Of a DNA stretch of 64,000 nucleotides, positions 36,618 to 50,070 are shown piece after piece. The DNA is from Tubiluchus corallicola (Eukaryota; Animalia; Priapulida). How positions within the stretch are numbered: the first letter of the stretch is position 1; every line of letters begins with the position of its first letter. The position numbers and the translations under genes are program-made. The stretch is from assembly GCA_030141605.1 (NCBI GenBank), contig JAQGDQ010000987.1, positions 1 to 64,000 of the forward strand. The letters are read 5' to 3'. The notes beneath the pieces were generated by a model, which worked only from the letters and a program-made list of their open reading frames with translations, did not search any database and was not told where the DNA came from.

Positions 36618-37057
36618 TGACTCAGCAATCTGGTACTGAATTCTGTTAGCAAGTGCTAGACTCAGTGAACTGGTACTGGACTCAGCAATCTGGTACTGGA
36701 TTAAGTTAGACTCAGTAAACTGGTACTGGACTCAGCAAGTGCTAGACTCAGTAAACTGGCACTAGACTCAGCAATCTGGTAGTGAATCATGTTAGCCAGT
36801 GCTAGACTCAGTAAACTGGTACTGGACTCAGCAATCTGGTAGTGAATTATGTTAGCAAGTGCTAGACTCAGTAAACTGGTACTGGACTCAGCAATCTGGT
36901 AGTGAATTATGTTAGCAAGTGCTAGACTCAGTAAACTGGTACTGGACTCAGCAAGTGCTAGACTCAGTAAACTGGTACTGGACTCAGCAAGTGCTAGACT
37001 CAGTAAACTGGTACTGGATTCAGTTAGCAAGTGCTAGACTCAGTACACTGGTACTGA
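36618..37057. repeat. Higher-order minisatellite (20-bp subunits; 60-bp and 36-bp periods) downstream of the SPG11 stop
   Basis: Rows starting 36781, 36841 and 36901 repeat with period 60; 36919-37020 has period 36. Confidence 0.92.
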
Positions 37058-37910
37058 GCTCACACAATGCACATGTTTCTTTGGTAGTATATGTTTTACA
37101 AATCATTGCTGTAAGATTATCAATAATAATATTAATTAATTAACCATGTAATGAGAAATTTGGATTTTCAAACAGTGAACACTGTTTTTGTATGAGATAA
37201 TATGAAGTTTATCAGTAGCGTAACTATGCTTTTGGTCTCCCTGCAAAATTATCCATGGTCCCATGTCATTCAAAAGCAAAATTTTTATGCCATGTAGATG
37301 CGGTACAGTTTCTAAAATCAATTATCTTTTGGTACTAAAATGAATTATGATGAATAAACTGTGATACTAATTAGAGTACATAATGTCTAACTAGTTATAT
37401 TTTGGCTAAAATGTAAACAATAAATTTACTTTTTTATTTAACAAAATGTTTTTGTATTACATCATGATATCTTGATCTTTCAACTGGCAATATGATAATT
37501 ATCGTTGCATGTATTATGGGTATATGTATAATAATGTAATAACTGATCATTTTCGAATAAAACTTTTTTAAAATTTTATTGGACTTCTTTTTAGGTTGTT
37601 TCTTGTACTTTCTGACAAGTGTTCTGATACTGCGCACATTCATGATCATACGTGAAATACCTGAATCAAATTAAATACTGATGTGTGTTGCTGAAGCTAC
37701 TACTTTGCAATTGGTAAGAGACTGTTTATTTTTCAAGCAGTAATAATGAGAATGATGAAGAAAATGAAGAAAATGTTTACTGTACACTGAAAATGAAAAA
37801 GTAAAATAAGAAAATTGTAAAGCTGTAAATGCAGCATTGAACTGTAGACAATGTCGCAGATTCGAATGAGTAAATTTGGTACAGATCTCTGCTTTTTTCT
37901 CTCTTTGTAT

Positions 37911-38100
<190 letters not shown>

Positions 38101-38678
38101 CTTCCAAATCTTTTCTTGCTCCTACTGTAGGCTGATAAACCAAATTTAACAAATTAAATTCCGTTAAAATAATATAAAGTGTAAAGTTAAATGTGTATTT
38201 AATATATCAGTTATTACATTTATTAACATATTTATCGTGAGAAATATAAAAGAATAGGCCTTATTTATAGTATCAGCTTTTGAACTCTTGGCCAAGAAGA
38301 ACTCTTTATAAGTTGGCAAGACGCGTCTGTAAATGCAACCGGAAGTGGTCTGGTATTCTTGCAGCTGCTCTCTGAAAGCGAAAAAAGCATCAAATTTTTT
38401 ACTAATTGCAACTTGACATTTTTTCAGTTTGATTGACGTACTTTTAGCCTATAATCGACTGCTTGCTTAAAACGTCAAAGCTTAGATTACACTTGTTTTT
38501 TTTTCAGCAAAGTTTTTCAGTAAGAGTGCATAATATGTAGTAGGTTTATTTGACTAAACTGAAACGAGTTCACACACACTGTCTTTTGGTTTACATCAAT
38601 GTTGAAAGATATCTTACAATTTGGTTTGATAGAATGAACACACTAACCAAAATAAAAATAATGTTTATTTTACTTGGT

Positions 38679-38876
38679 AGCTAGGTCTCATTGACTGCAT
38701 AAATGGGCAATAGTTAGGTCTCATTGACTGGGCAAATCGACAATAGCTAGGTCTCATTGACTGCATAAATTGGCAATAGTTAGGTCTCATTGACTGCGCA
38801 AATGGACAACAGCTAGGTCTCATTGATTGCATAAATCAACAATAGGGAGGTCTCATTGACTGTGTAAATCGACAAT
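38679..38876. repeat. Minisatellite, 6 x 33 bp (tag.taggtctcattgactgcataaat...caa)
   Basis: ggtctcattga recurs at 38684, 38717, 38750 and onward at 33-bp spacing. Confidence 0.92.
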
Positions 38877-39786
38877 CCGAATGAAAGCGCTAGAGTAACC
38901 TGTCTTCATAATTTTTTTTTACATAATAAGTATATTAATTTATTTTTCAAAATAAAAATTTTACTTTATATTAAATCTGTTTTAGTTTTAGTGAAAACTG
39001 ACAAACTTACAATAATACGACATGCTCTTTCTATCAAATATTCAAAGAATAATTAAGTTGACCAGATGACCACGTGGATTATTCTCATTTGCTTGTAAAT
39101 AAGCGGCACAAATAGCGTGATTCAGTTGGGAATGTGTCAGTGGGTCATATAGGTGGCTTGTATGGCTTTTTAATTCGTCATTTGGATATGATTCTTATAC
39201 GGGGCCCAAGCCTCCTAATTAAAAATACTTACTGTACAGTAATTATTATGTTGCTTGAGGCGGTTTTACTAAAAGTATCGTTGATCACGGTTCAATAATC
39301 TATAACTCAATGACTTATCTATGGTAAATGGGCTAATGTCGGACAGTGAGTTTTACGTTTTCCTAAAACTCATTAAGTTAACTGAACTTTATTTTTCCTT
39401 TCATTGTTAATACTGCCACATCACATCTTTAGACTGGCATATTCACCATTGCCTAGCACTTCGTCTTCTAGCAACCGTTTGGTCAAGAACATACAAGTAC
39501 GTTTGTCCTTAACAGTATTAACTTCTTTTAATTTGCTGATAAACCGACCTAAAATATGTCTTGTAAAATTTAATGTTTTTTTGTAATATTGTTTTGTAAA
39601 AATATTTTAATATTGTGTTTGTAAATATGTTCATTTATTGTATATAATTAGGCCTTAGTTTTACACTTTAGTTTTTTTTAGTCTGCACTGGACGCATTTG
39701 TCTTGAATAGTGTTGTTTTTAACATTACGCTGAGGATTACTCAATTCTATTGTAATAAGTAAGCCATTTTTAATGACAAATAAAGA

Positions 39787-39822
<36 letters not shown>

Positions 39823-40289
39823 CGCATTGATTATTTACAGTAGCAGTCTGTTCAGAAATGCTTCATTACCTGCAATGAACGTAGCAAAGCATCTAATTGT
39901 CACGGTACTTTACATTTTATGCAGCCACACCCTTTTAAGTTCTCCCTGATTCGTTAACAATATGGTTTTAGTTTATCAGATATTATTCCGACAAAATTGT
40001 AAAAATGTAGAGCATTTAGAAACCTGAAAAGCGCATTTGTGTTCGACATTAACCCATTTTACCCTATTACTTTTTTTAAATAACTTTTCGTAGTTCTTAA
40101 ACTCGAATTTTGTGACACTGCTACGTAACGAACTGTGAAGCGTATTCGAAATCAAATTCCACATTTCTGTTGTCATATTATAGAGCTGGATGGAGGTTGC
40201 ATGGTATACGTTTTCTCTGCCGGGATATGAGCCAGTAGAATATAGGGTTTTCATGGATGTGGATCATGGTTTGGTTTATGTCATATAGG

Positions 40290-41348
40290 TTATGGAATCT
40301 TTGTGAATCTACCTCCAGCCCGGGCGGTAGTCTCATGCATTTTGTTACTGGCCCGTAGCAACGTTATGAGCGTTTTTATTGTAAACTTACCAGACGCAGT
40401 CTTGCCATCATCACCTACATCTTTCTGAGCAGATACCTTCTGTTGTTTGTGAGTAGAAAAGAACTTTCGCTTTTGTCCCGGGCTTTGTTGTTTATGTCGA
40501 CTGGTGGGAGGCGACGGAGATTGCTTAAAAATATTCATAGATTTGCGATTCTTGTAAACACTAAGATTGTGCATGACCTCGGACAGTAGTCCAAGCTGCT
40601 GGTAGATGTATCTAGAACGCTTCTTCGTTCTCGGAAATGTACTCGTTTGCGACTTTTCCAGCGATTTCCGACCAGCTTCATAGAGTTCTTTTTTTGGCCC
40701 CTGTAACGAAACTGAATGATCTGACACTGTGGACCGAGCACCTCCTAGATCTGGCAATGATCCTAAATGTTCTGAAAGACTCGTTTCACTTGAGGCTGCT
40801 AAGTCGTTTGAGCTTTTTGTTACCTTATTATTTGCACTTTGCTGTTCTTCATTAATTGCTAAATAACGATGTGGTTCCCCCGTTTCTCCTAATTTGGCTT
40901 TCTCCATGGGGCCTGAACTGGCTACTGGGCATGACATGCGGCGATGTATCGGGAGCAACGTAGGGCGAGTTACTACCATCATCGGATTCAAATTTGAATC
41001 ATTGTTGTTCGAGCTGCCTCTTATGAGCAGCGAGGAAATGTCATTGGTTTTTAATCTCCTCTTTTCACTATTGCCATTTTCGTGAACTAAATCTGTAACA
41101 TTTGCTACATTTTCGTTGCCAAGCGTATCAGATCTTCCCGATTCTTTTTCTGGCGTTGCTAAGTGGCAAGGTCGAGCGTCCAGTGGTGAAGATGCTGATA
41201 TTTTGTTTGTTGACAAGAAATCCGATATATCGGTGATTTGGCTACTTTTGCTGAATCTGTAACTGATTTCGTTCAATTTCACTGAAGCAACTGAGGAATG
41301 AATGATCTTTCGCTTTGGTAATTGATCGCTAACCAGCACCTGTTCCGT
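40290..41348 (-). CDS. Uncharacterised Ser/Lys-rich, probably disordered protein, terminal coding exon (352 codons plus stop)
   Basis: Long ORF in AT-rich DNA with higher GC; minus-strand acceptor tttttatatttcag|ACG in phase 0; minus-strand AATAAA near 39633. Confidence 0.8.
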   Translation of the reverse strand, partial: TEQVLVSDQLPKRKIIHSSVASVKLNEISYRFSKSSQITDISDFLSTNKISASSPLDARPCHLATPEKESGRSDTLGNENVANVTDLVHENGNSEKRRLKTNDISSLLIRGSSNNNDSNLNPMMVVTRPTLLPIHRRMSCPVASSGPMEKAKLGETGEPHRYLAINEEQQSANNKVTKSSNDLAASSETSLSEHLGSLPDLGGARSTVSDHSVSLQGPKKELYEAGRKSLEKSQTSTFPRTKKRSRYIYQQLGLLSEVMHNLSVYKNRKSMNIFKQSPSPPTSRHKQQSPGQKRKFFSTHKQQKVSAQKDVGDDGKTASGKFTIKTLITLLRASNKMHETTARAGGRFTKIP

Positions 41349-44104
41349 CTGAAATATAAAAATAGTGTAAGCCATCATGCTTTCTAATAATATCCGTTTA
41401 TGTTGTTATTTAAGTATTCAATACAATGTAAAAAGTAAAAATAACAATATGCACACTTTGTTACAAACAGGCTGAAACAGCCAATACGACTTATCATCAT
41501 CATCATCATCATCATCATCAATATCATCATCAACATCATCATCATTATTAATATTAATCTTTTATTCGTAAAAAAATTTTCATGATTTTGGTATTAATAA
41601 TTAAAATTTTAAATAATAATTTTGTTAGTAATTAAAAATGAAAATGAACAAATTTGTCCATATTGGCATACATACATCATACAATATTGCCACATCTGTT
41701 CTCTTTACATTAAAATTGAAGCAAAGAGTGCAACAAACCTTACTCCAAAATTCACATATTCACATTTGAGCCATTCTGATACCTAAACTACCATATCGTA
41801 TAAATAAAATGCAACATTTTGGGTATAATGACTGAATTCGAATTTTTTCAAAAATCCCAGTTACGATTATTAATAAATTTGCTGGCATCGCGACCGCTAG
41901 TGCATAAGTAGGTTCAAGATTGACTATTTTGCAGGTAGTCTAATAACAGTGACGTGTTGTGTCTATTTAGTATCCCCATTCGTTATACCCTCAGAAAATC
42001 AAACCCAGTTTTAAGTTAACAGGGTGTAACTAAACTAGGTTAAAAGTGTATCCTGGAATATCTTAAAATTATATTGGAAACACCCCCTTCCCGCTCGCTT
42101 CAAATTGCCGCTTCCAGAAACAAAGCCTAACACTGTTGAAATTATTTTTTAGTTTCAGATGCTAATAGTTTTCTAAAAAGATAAACCTATTGCAATTAAA
42201 AAAGTGCGAGTTGTCGAGCTTTACTTTAATTTACATTACAGAAGTAAATAGTAATCTTGCGCGAAAGTATTTTGTCGAAACGTTCATGTAATATACAGTA
42301 TAACATCTGATGATTTTTGGGTAAAAATTTTTGAGTGACATAATTAGCAACTAAAACGTCACATACAAATATTTATTTATATACTATCTTAGAATCACCT
42401 TTAATGAATTGCTAAATAATGCTTTTTCTTTCAACTTTGAAATGCTATAGATTTTGAGAAGTTTTACAGCATTATTATTTTATTTATAATATTTAATGTT
42501 ATTTATTGTTCAACGAATATCATTTATTGTGTTCGTTGGTACCATTGTACCTGATTAAATTGTTTAATACTTTAGTTTCCCATTTAGGAACAAGGTGATT
42601 ACCATTCGCCTGCCTAATTTTATACTCACGAACATATCTGTATTGCAAATAAAAAATCGTTATAAATATTTAGCAACATTTATTTGATAATCTGTACCAA
42701 AAACATGCTTTTTTAGATTCATTAATGCTATTGACTTTAAAATACGGAATTTTTTAATAAACTAGAATGTAGTTCACAAAAAGTATAGAATCAGAAAATA
42801 TTGAAACTTAAAACTGTTAAAAAAGATTTTTTATGATAACTTTTAGCGCTTGCTACTTTTTGGTATATCGTTGAAAATATGCTTCTAACCACTGAACTAA
42901 ATTCATTCCTAGCCAACATCTCATTTCGTATATAATAACTGCATAGCATAAGTACGGAATTAGTTTAGAGACAAGTGCTCGCAGGAGGGGATGCTTACAC
43001 GTTCGTAACTAGCTATTTTGGTAGCAGGTTTACCACTAGCTATCAAAATACGTTTGTGGTCTCTAGACCTAATCTCTATCTATTTTGCATCAAGTTAGAT
43101 CTCTTAATCTCACTAGGTTACTCTGGTGGCTTGCAGAAACGCGAAACTATGAAGCCAACATTAACCAGGAGGCAGAGTTATATGGATGGACGACATATTT
43201 ATGTTAAACTGCTTTTAAGCCGGGCTGCACCTTCTAGGGAGCAGTAGCCATTCAAAAGTCATAATTTCGGTAAACGAATCTCATATATAACCACTCTATG
43301 GTCTTACTTCAGCTATTCATTTGCTGCAAGGAGACAAATAATTTAGGTGGTGTAGTGAATTCGACAAAGTCGTTATTTTTCAAAAATGACCAGGGCTGGA
43401 TAGGCTAGTATAGGAAGCAGCATAGGGCTCCACAAGCTTTGGGGTCCATACTTTGCATTGCTGACTTTAAAAAAGAAGGCTAGATTAAAGTGGCTCCGCA
43501 TCTGAGATGCAAGATCCCTTTTATTTGAAAGACATTTTATTTGGGACAAAGGGCCCTCATTTGAGACCCTTTATTTTAGATAAGAGCCCTCATTGAAGCC
43601 ATTTATTTGAAATATTGGACCTCCAGCTGTGCAACTGTTGCTAAAATATATCGCAAGTAAATATTCGAGGCGAATGCACGCAAATAAGAGGAAGGCTTCG
43701 TCTGAAGGGGTCCCCTAATTTCATTAGGCTGAAGTCCCCAAGAGGTCATAATTCGCCCTCAGCAGCACCAACACGCAGAGAGATAACATCTTCATTTGCC
43801 TGACGTTTCAACATTTATATTAATGCCATACATATAGGAGCATGGTTTGAAGCCTGCAAGCAGGCCCATGACTACAAAATTACGTAACTTAAGCTACATT
43901 AATAGCGACCATAAAACCATATTACGGTAAAACACTGTTGTTATCAATTAACAAAACAAAATGAAATGTCTCTCTGCATAGCACTGCGTGTATACGAAAA
44001 AGAAATTTTTCAATGCATGGGGTAATCGGTATGATTTCGTTTATTGTGAGGCGGCCATTTTGAAACAAAAGTAATAGAAATGAATGTTTATGTCCAGCTA
44101 TCCT

Positions 44105-44130
44105 GGATGGATGGATGAATGGAGAAAGAG

Positions 44131-44174
<44 letters not shown>

Positions 44175-44238
44175 GAACTAGGTAGGTAGGTAGGTAGGTA
44201 GGTAGGTAGGTAGGTAGGTAGGTAGGTAGGTAGCTAGC

Positions 44239-44294
<56 letters not shown>

Positions 44295-44460
44295 TAGATA
44301 GATAGATAGATAGATAAATAGACAGGTAAGTAGGTAGGTAGGTAGGTAGGTAGGTAGGTAGGTAGGTAGGTGGCAGGTAGGTAGTTAGATAGACAGATAT
44401 ACAAATAGACATACAGACAGCAGACAGACAGACAGATAGATAGTAGATAGATAGATAGAC
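44105..44460. repeat. Compound (GA)n/(GGTA)n/(GACA)n/(GATA)n microsatellite
   Basis: Direct inspection. Confidence 0.95.
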
Positions 44461-44685
44461 AGAAAAGATCTTTATTTGCCTATTAGATACAACGTAGAAG
44501 AATATTGCACATAAGAAATGTATACTGCGTACTGGAAGCAGCATACCAGCAAATCGTATACAACGTATCCGACTGTCAATAGCAAACATTGTGGCAGCTC
44601 ATAAAATTTCTTCGTTCTGTTTGTCGCCAAGTCAAATTTTGGCTTATTTTTAACTAGCATTTTGCGTCGCCCAGTTTTGAATGCC

Positions 44686-44772
44686 GTGTGTGTGTGTGTG
44701 TATGTGTGTGTGTGTGTGTGTGTGCGTGCGTGCGTGCGTGGTGCGTGCGTGCGTGCGTGTGTGTGTGTGTGT
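44686..44772. repeat. (GT)n/(GCGT)n microsatellite
   Basis: Direct inspection. Confidence 0.95.
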
Positions 44773-45484
44773 ATTTAATCTTACATTAGTTTAGAAACAT
44801 TTAAATGGCTGTCTTCAGAGGAAGATGCTTTACTATTCTTTAAATGCATAAAGCAAAAGCTGAAGAAAAAATCGGTTGTTTTGAGATACTTGAATTAAAG
44901 TCAGAACCCATTTATAGGCCACAAAACCACAAAAAAGATTAAATAAGCACCAATTTAAATAATACAAAATTTAAAATAAAAACTATTTTTCTTACGGAAA
45001 CTGTTGCGTAAGAAGCGGTTCTGCAGAATATCCAAAATGCCAAGAATGCAAAAACCTGCTATTGCTTGTGAATTGCTAAATCAAGTTATAACATAGCAAA
45101 CAACCACATCAATGTTGTACGGGAAGAGCAAATAATACGTTTTTCATACCTGGACTCCGGTGTGCACCTAGCTATCGATTGCCAAAGTTTTCAAAATGGC
45201 AGACAAGTGCAAAAGAAGCAATAACAAAAACAATAACAAAAAGTATCTGTGTACTAGTGCAAATATCCCGCATTAAGTGGATTTTTGGACTTTTTTATTC
45301 AAAAAAGGTTCAAGTGCAAACATGGTTCAACATATTTGAATAAAAAACTATAAAAATTTTTATTTATTGTGCGACTCTGGATCAACATATGATGGTAAAA
45401 ACATGAAGATGTACGAGTGATTGCTTATATTACAAAAAAGTTCTCGTGAATCACGCAGGTGGAGTAAGTTAAGGTAAAAGGTAG

Positions 45485-45585
45485 GAGGCTGGTAACTCAA
45501 GCGGTAGAGTATGGAACTAATACTCTCAGGTCTCGGGTTCAAATCCCGACTAGTGTCAATTTTTCAGTGCCTTCTTTCTTCAACT
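45485..45585 (+). mobile_element. tRNA-derived SINE head or tRNA pseudogene
   Basis: A box taactcaagcgg, B box ggttcaaatcc with T-stem tcggg/cccga; acceptor and anticodon stems broken. Confidence 0.6.
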
Positions 45586-47744
45586 CATTACCCGCAATGG
45601 GCAATAATTGGTAAAATAAACGGCAATGGTTTATAAAAATTCTGACTATCACAGTTATAATTAATTAATGTTATCGTTAGTTGCCAGCTAATTTGGGAAA
45701 GTACTGAAATTGATATTGTGTTGAGGAAGTTTTGTAATTGATTTCTTTGTCGTTTACGGAACGGAAGAAGGGCATGAAAAACCACACGTAAGAAACTGCA
45801 TACAAATGAGCAATTGCGCTTGCGCTAATTTGAATAACATTCCACCCGCGCAGTTGATGGTACTCCGACTATTGGCTAGCATTTGGTATTATTAATCGTG
45901 TTCTATTAAATCAACCAGTCAGAGCAACGCTAATTTCGCTATTAAACGCACATCTTTCAGCCTTCTGCAAGATTTAAAAAAACTAACAGGTTTAAAACAG
46001 CTTTTCTCCTGCAATATATGCCAGACCGGCTTTTCACCTTTGCTTGATCAACTTGCTCTTTTCATCATGCTAGACGCTGTACTTATTTATATCTGCAAGA
46101 GCGGTGTTTTGGTTAAAAACTTCATTTGCACTGGCAGAGTGTGTGAAACAGAGCATAAATTTCGATGAAACTATGTGCCCGAAGTAACATAGCCCATTGG
46201 TTGTCATAACTGATGAGTGGTTATAGCAACTGTTAGGGTTTGGGGTAACGCAGTTTGTTGTAAATTGCTAATGGCAGCTGTTCTGTTCCTAATTCTGAGG
46301 CGCTTGCATTGGATGCATCGATGCTATAACATTTATAAACAGGCTTGCTTGATTCACATCATAGACGTGTAACCACTCTAACACTGGTTACAATGATTAA
46401 AAGTCAGCTGGTTCACTTGGAATAGAATAAGAGTGAATATACTACGAGCAAATAGGATAAGAACAAAATAGTATTAGAAACAGTATTATATCGTCTACAC
46501 GTCTGATTATTGTTATGTTTATTATATTATTCTAACATTTAATTGTTATGTGTGTCAATTAGGTGTATTATGCATCAAATTATGATGTTGTAATTTATGT
46601 AATCTGTGTTATTGTCATTAATGCTTTGTAAATATGTTAGTATAATAATTATAATGCATTTGTGAATATTAATTGTTAACCCAATAAATTAAATTGAATT
46701 ATATAAAGTGACTTCTGGTCAAAGATGTAATTGTTAACACTTCTCAACGGCTACAAGTCGTCGTGTTGCCATTGCCATTTTCTTATAGGCTGTACGGTTA
46801 ATGTAGTTATAACTGTGAGAGATAGTCTTCAGCAGCTACCACACCATAATACTGAGATATTTTTGCAAGTCAAACGATAAATGGAACAAACGCATTTTAA
46901 TTCTACATTTAGATGTGGCTAATTTATACAAATTCAATACAAGTACCATGCTATCCCGTGATAGTGGTCCTTAAGAATTGACGATATTAAATAAACTGCA
47001 GTCGAAACAATCAGCAAAAACTGGCAGTGGGTTGCCGTGACCGGTGTAATGCGACCTGCAGTTTTAGCGGCTTTTACAAAATTTATCATGCTTTGCACGG
47101 CTAGAAAGCTTTATCTAACCATATTGTGAATTTCTCTATCTAAGCATATAAAATTTTTGTCAGTGAGTGTTTCAACCGAGAAAAGGCAAAAAAATGAAAT
47201 CATACTATTGATAGTTTTACGAGAGTTTTTAGCAGCGATGCTTTCACGGGAATTCAAAGCGGTTGAGGTTATAATTTATTGAATTGAATTAATTCTAATT
47301 GAATTGAACAGAATTGAATTTAAAGGACGATTAAAAGTCACTAAGTTTTCTTGTCGGTTGTCAAAGCTAAAAAAGAAATCCAACCTATTGTTTTTATTAT
47401 AATGATAAGAGTTTTGTGATATAAGTGTGTATAAAATGTTGACTCCAGTTATTTTTTGCATTGTGTCACGCATGCGCAAATCGGTAAAGAGTACTTTTCA
47501 TCAATGTTTCCTTTGCCTTTTCTCGTGTCTGTAAATCAAAGAGTCACTTCAAACTGATCGTATACACATTTTTCAGGTTTGTTGTGTGAAGATAGGTAAA
47601 TTAGCCAAAAACACGAAGGATCTTGAATGTATGACGAATGTATGTTTTTTCTAACAAGCATGCATTCGTCATACACTCAAGACATTTCATGTTTTTTAAC
47701 AAAAAACAGCAAAGATGATAATTAAAGGAGATTCTCTTTTATCG

Positions 47745-47792
47745 TTTCTTTTTCTTTCTTTCTTTCTTTCTGTCTGTCTGTCTGTCTGTCTG

Positions 47793-47868
<76 letters not shown>

Positions 47869-47875
47869 TTTTCTT
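47745..47875. repeat. (TTTC)n/(TGTC)n microsatellite
   Basis: Direct inspection. Confidence 0.95.
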
Positions 47876-49629
47876 TAATTTTCTTCTTTTTTTACTTTGT
47901 TGGTTTTTGCTTATTTGTCATTTTCTGCCTTTTTGCTTCCTATTTATTTATCAATACCAGCATTCGCGCTTTTTAAAATAGCGTACAAATTTTTTTTTTT
48001 TGGTTTCTTATAATTATCTTACTCGTATTCACAATTGCCGTAAAGAGCCTCTTCAAATTGTGCTTTGAATTATGCTGCCCATTCCTAACTCATGAATTTA
48101 TACTCATGTCATTTAGTATTTTAGTTTGGAGAAGATACTTCTAATTGCGAAACAGTATTTTCTGGATGCATATGTCAATTACATGCACTTTATTCAGAGC
48201 AAGTTTTATTTATATAAAACCGAAGGTCATCAGTTCAGAGGAGCCCCTGATGAAATTACCACCCCAATTGTCAAAAACCCTCATGTTAAAAGACCAATGA
48301 CCTACCAAGGCACAAATTTGCTTTTTGTTCAGCACCTATTACGTAGCAAAATATTTTACTTTCGTTTTTTTTTCTCTCTCACTCTCTCTCTCTCTCTCTC
48401 CTTCTCTCTCCTCTCTCTATTCCTCTCTATTCCCTCTCCTTCTCTCTCCCTCTCTGCCTCTCTTTCTCATCTTCCTTTCTACGCTCTCTGATTTGAAGCA
48501 CTTGCTCTTCTTTTCGACACAGCTTATCAAATATAGATCAGATCAAATAAGTTTCAGATCCTACGTAAAAAGTGTAACGAAATCCAAACATCGCATCAGA
48601 ATGATTTTGGAAGACCCATCCGACCATTGGGTCCATCTGTGCATGACTTTCGCAGCCTGTTTATATGTCTACACATGTGATTTTAATGGCAGTTTAGGAT
48701 GCATGTGAAACATAAATAAAGTCTCGATCAGTTCTATTCACGTTTGAATAGTCTTCCGCATATTGTTACAGGATGTCGCGGGAACCTCGCATTTGGTTAG
48801 TCCTCGTCCTCGGTTTATGTTGCCCTTGCATTTGACATTGCATTTTCAATTGCACTATCATGATACAGTAACTACTGTTACTGTATATGGGCGCGAAATA
48901 AAACGATGTCCCACGATTATGCATAGGTTCACTCTAACAAATCATTCCTATTTTTACGACAGAGCACAACCCCCGCATGTAATCTCTCATTTAATGCAAT
49001 CAACTCAATTTGTTTATACAAATTAGATTAACTCAACATTACATTGGGGCTAGACAGTTTAAAGTGTAAAGTGTCAAGACATCATGAAATTAAAAGCAAT
49101 GGTCTTTATCTTAGAAGAATAAGAGTTGTCGATTTATTTTGTTGGATATCCAGGTACGAAATACACCACATATACTTTATATACTCTTAAATGGATGGGT
49201 ATTGTGAGCTCAGAGGAGATTGTGAACTGATAGTTACACCTCTGATAAACTTTGTATAAAATTTTAGCGTTCATATGGAAAATCAAAAAAAAGATTTTGA
49301 AAGGAAGGAATAGTTCCTCTGCAGCTGATAGGAACTGTTGATTCATTTGATGCAGATGTATACCATGTTTAAATTCTAGCGATAAATCTTGCCAATCAAA
49401 ATGTACATCCTTTCTTATCTCTCACTAAAGTAGAAGTAGATAGTTCTTCCAGTGATTTCTTCATCCTTTCACCTCAGTCACTCACTCACTCTGTCGGTCA
49501 CACTTTTTCAAATCCAAAGTACTTTAATCGTTGTATTAAAACTTGGTAGGATTTTTCGTCAGGCTATCGCAGGTTAAGAAAAATTGTAGTCATCCCTTCG
49601 TTAATTAATAAATTAATTAGAACGGCATA

Positions 49630-49880
49630 ATCGTTGTAAAACCTTTGCAGACAGATCTTTTTCTGTAGCTGGCCTCAGAGAATGGATCTAACTCCCACTC
49701 GCTTTGCATTGTTGTGATAAATTTGATGTGTAAAAATTTAAGACTCGTCTATTTATTTTAGCCTTTTTGGAACTCAGTCTGTTACAACTACTGTAGTACA
49801 ATTTCAGTGGTGTCTACACTGTACAGTGTCTAGTTTCAATTCACTGTGGTACAAATTTGTGTAATAAATAAATAAATAAA
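49630..49880 (+). pseudogene. Decayed L2/CR1-type ORF2 C-terminus plus (AAAT)n tail
   Basis: Translates KTFADRSFSVAGLREWI*LP...KFKTRLF, resembling the GDRAFS..P..WN.LP...LKT.LF end of L2/CR1 ORF2. Confidence 0.75.
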
Positions 49881-50070
49881 CTTTTAAACTGACGCTTGCG
49901 AACTTTTAGGTTGTACTGACATTTGGTCCTAGGATTACGGGTATATCTAAAACAACATTTTGAACATGATACTATGATATCACACACATAATAATAATTT
50001 ACAATATTACTGCTATGACATAATGTTATTTAAGCAGGCTTGTTGTTTTATCTAAAAACGTGCTACTTAC

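Noticed and set aside
36701-37143. Repeat-protein ORFs (AESSTSLLSLAL)n on - and (VLDSVNWYWTQQ)n on +
   Set aside because: By-products of repeat periods divisible by three; non-ATG starts and no splice support.
45485-45560. Functional tRNA gene
   Set aside because: A and B boxes are present, but the acceptor and anticodon stems do not pair properly; SINE-like.
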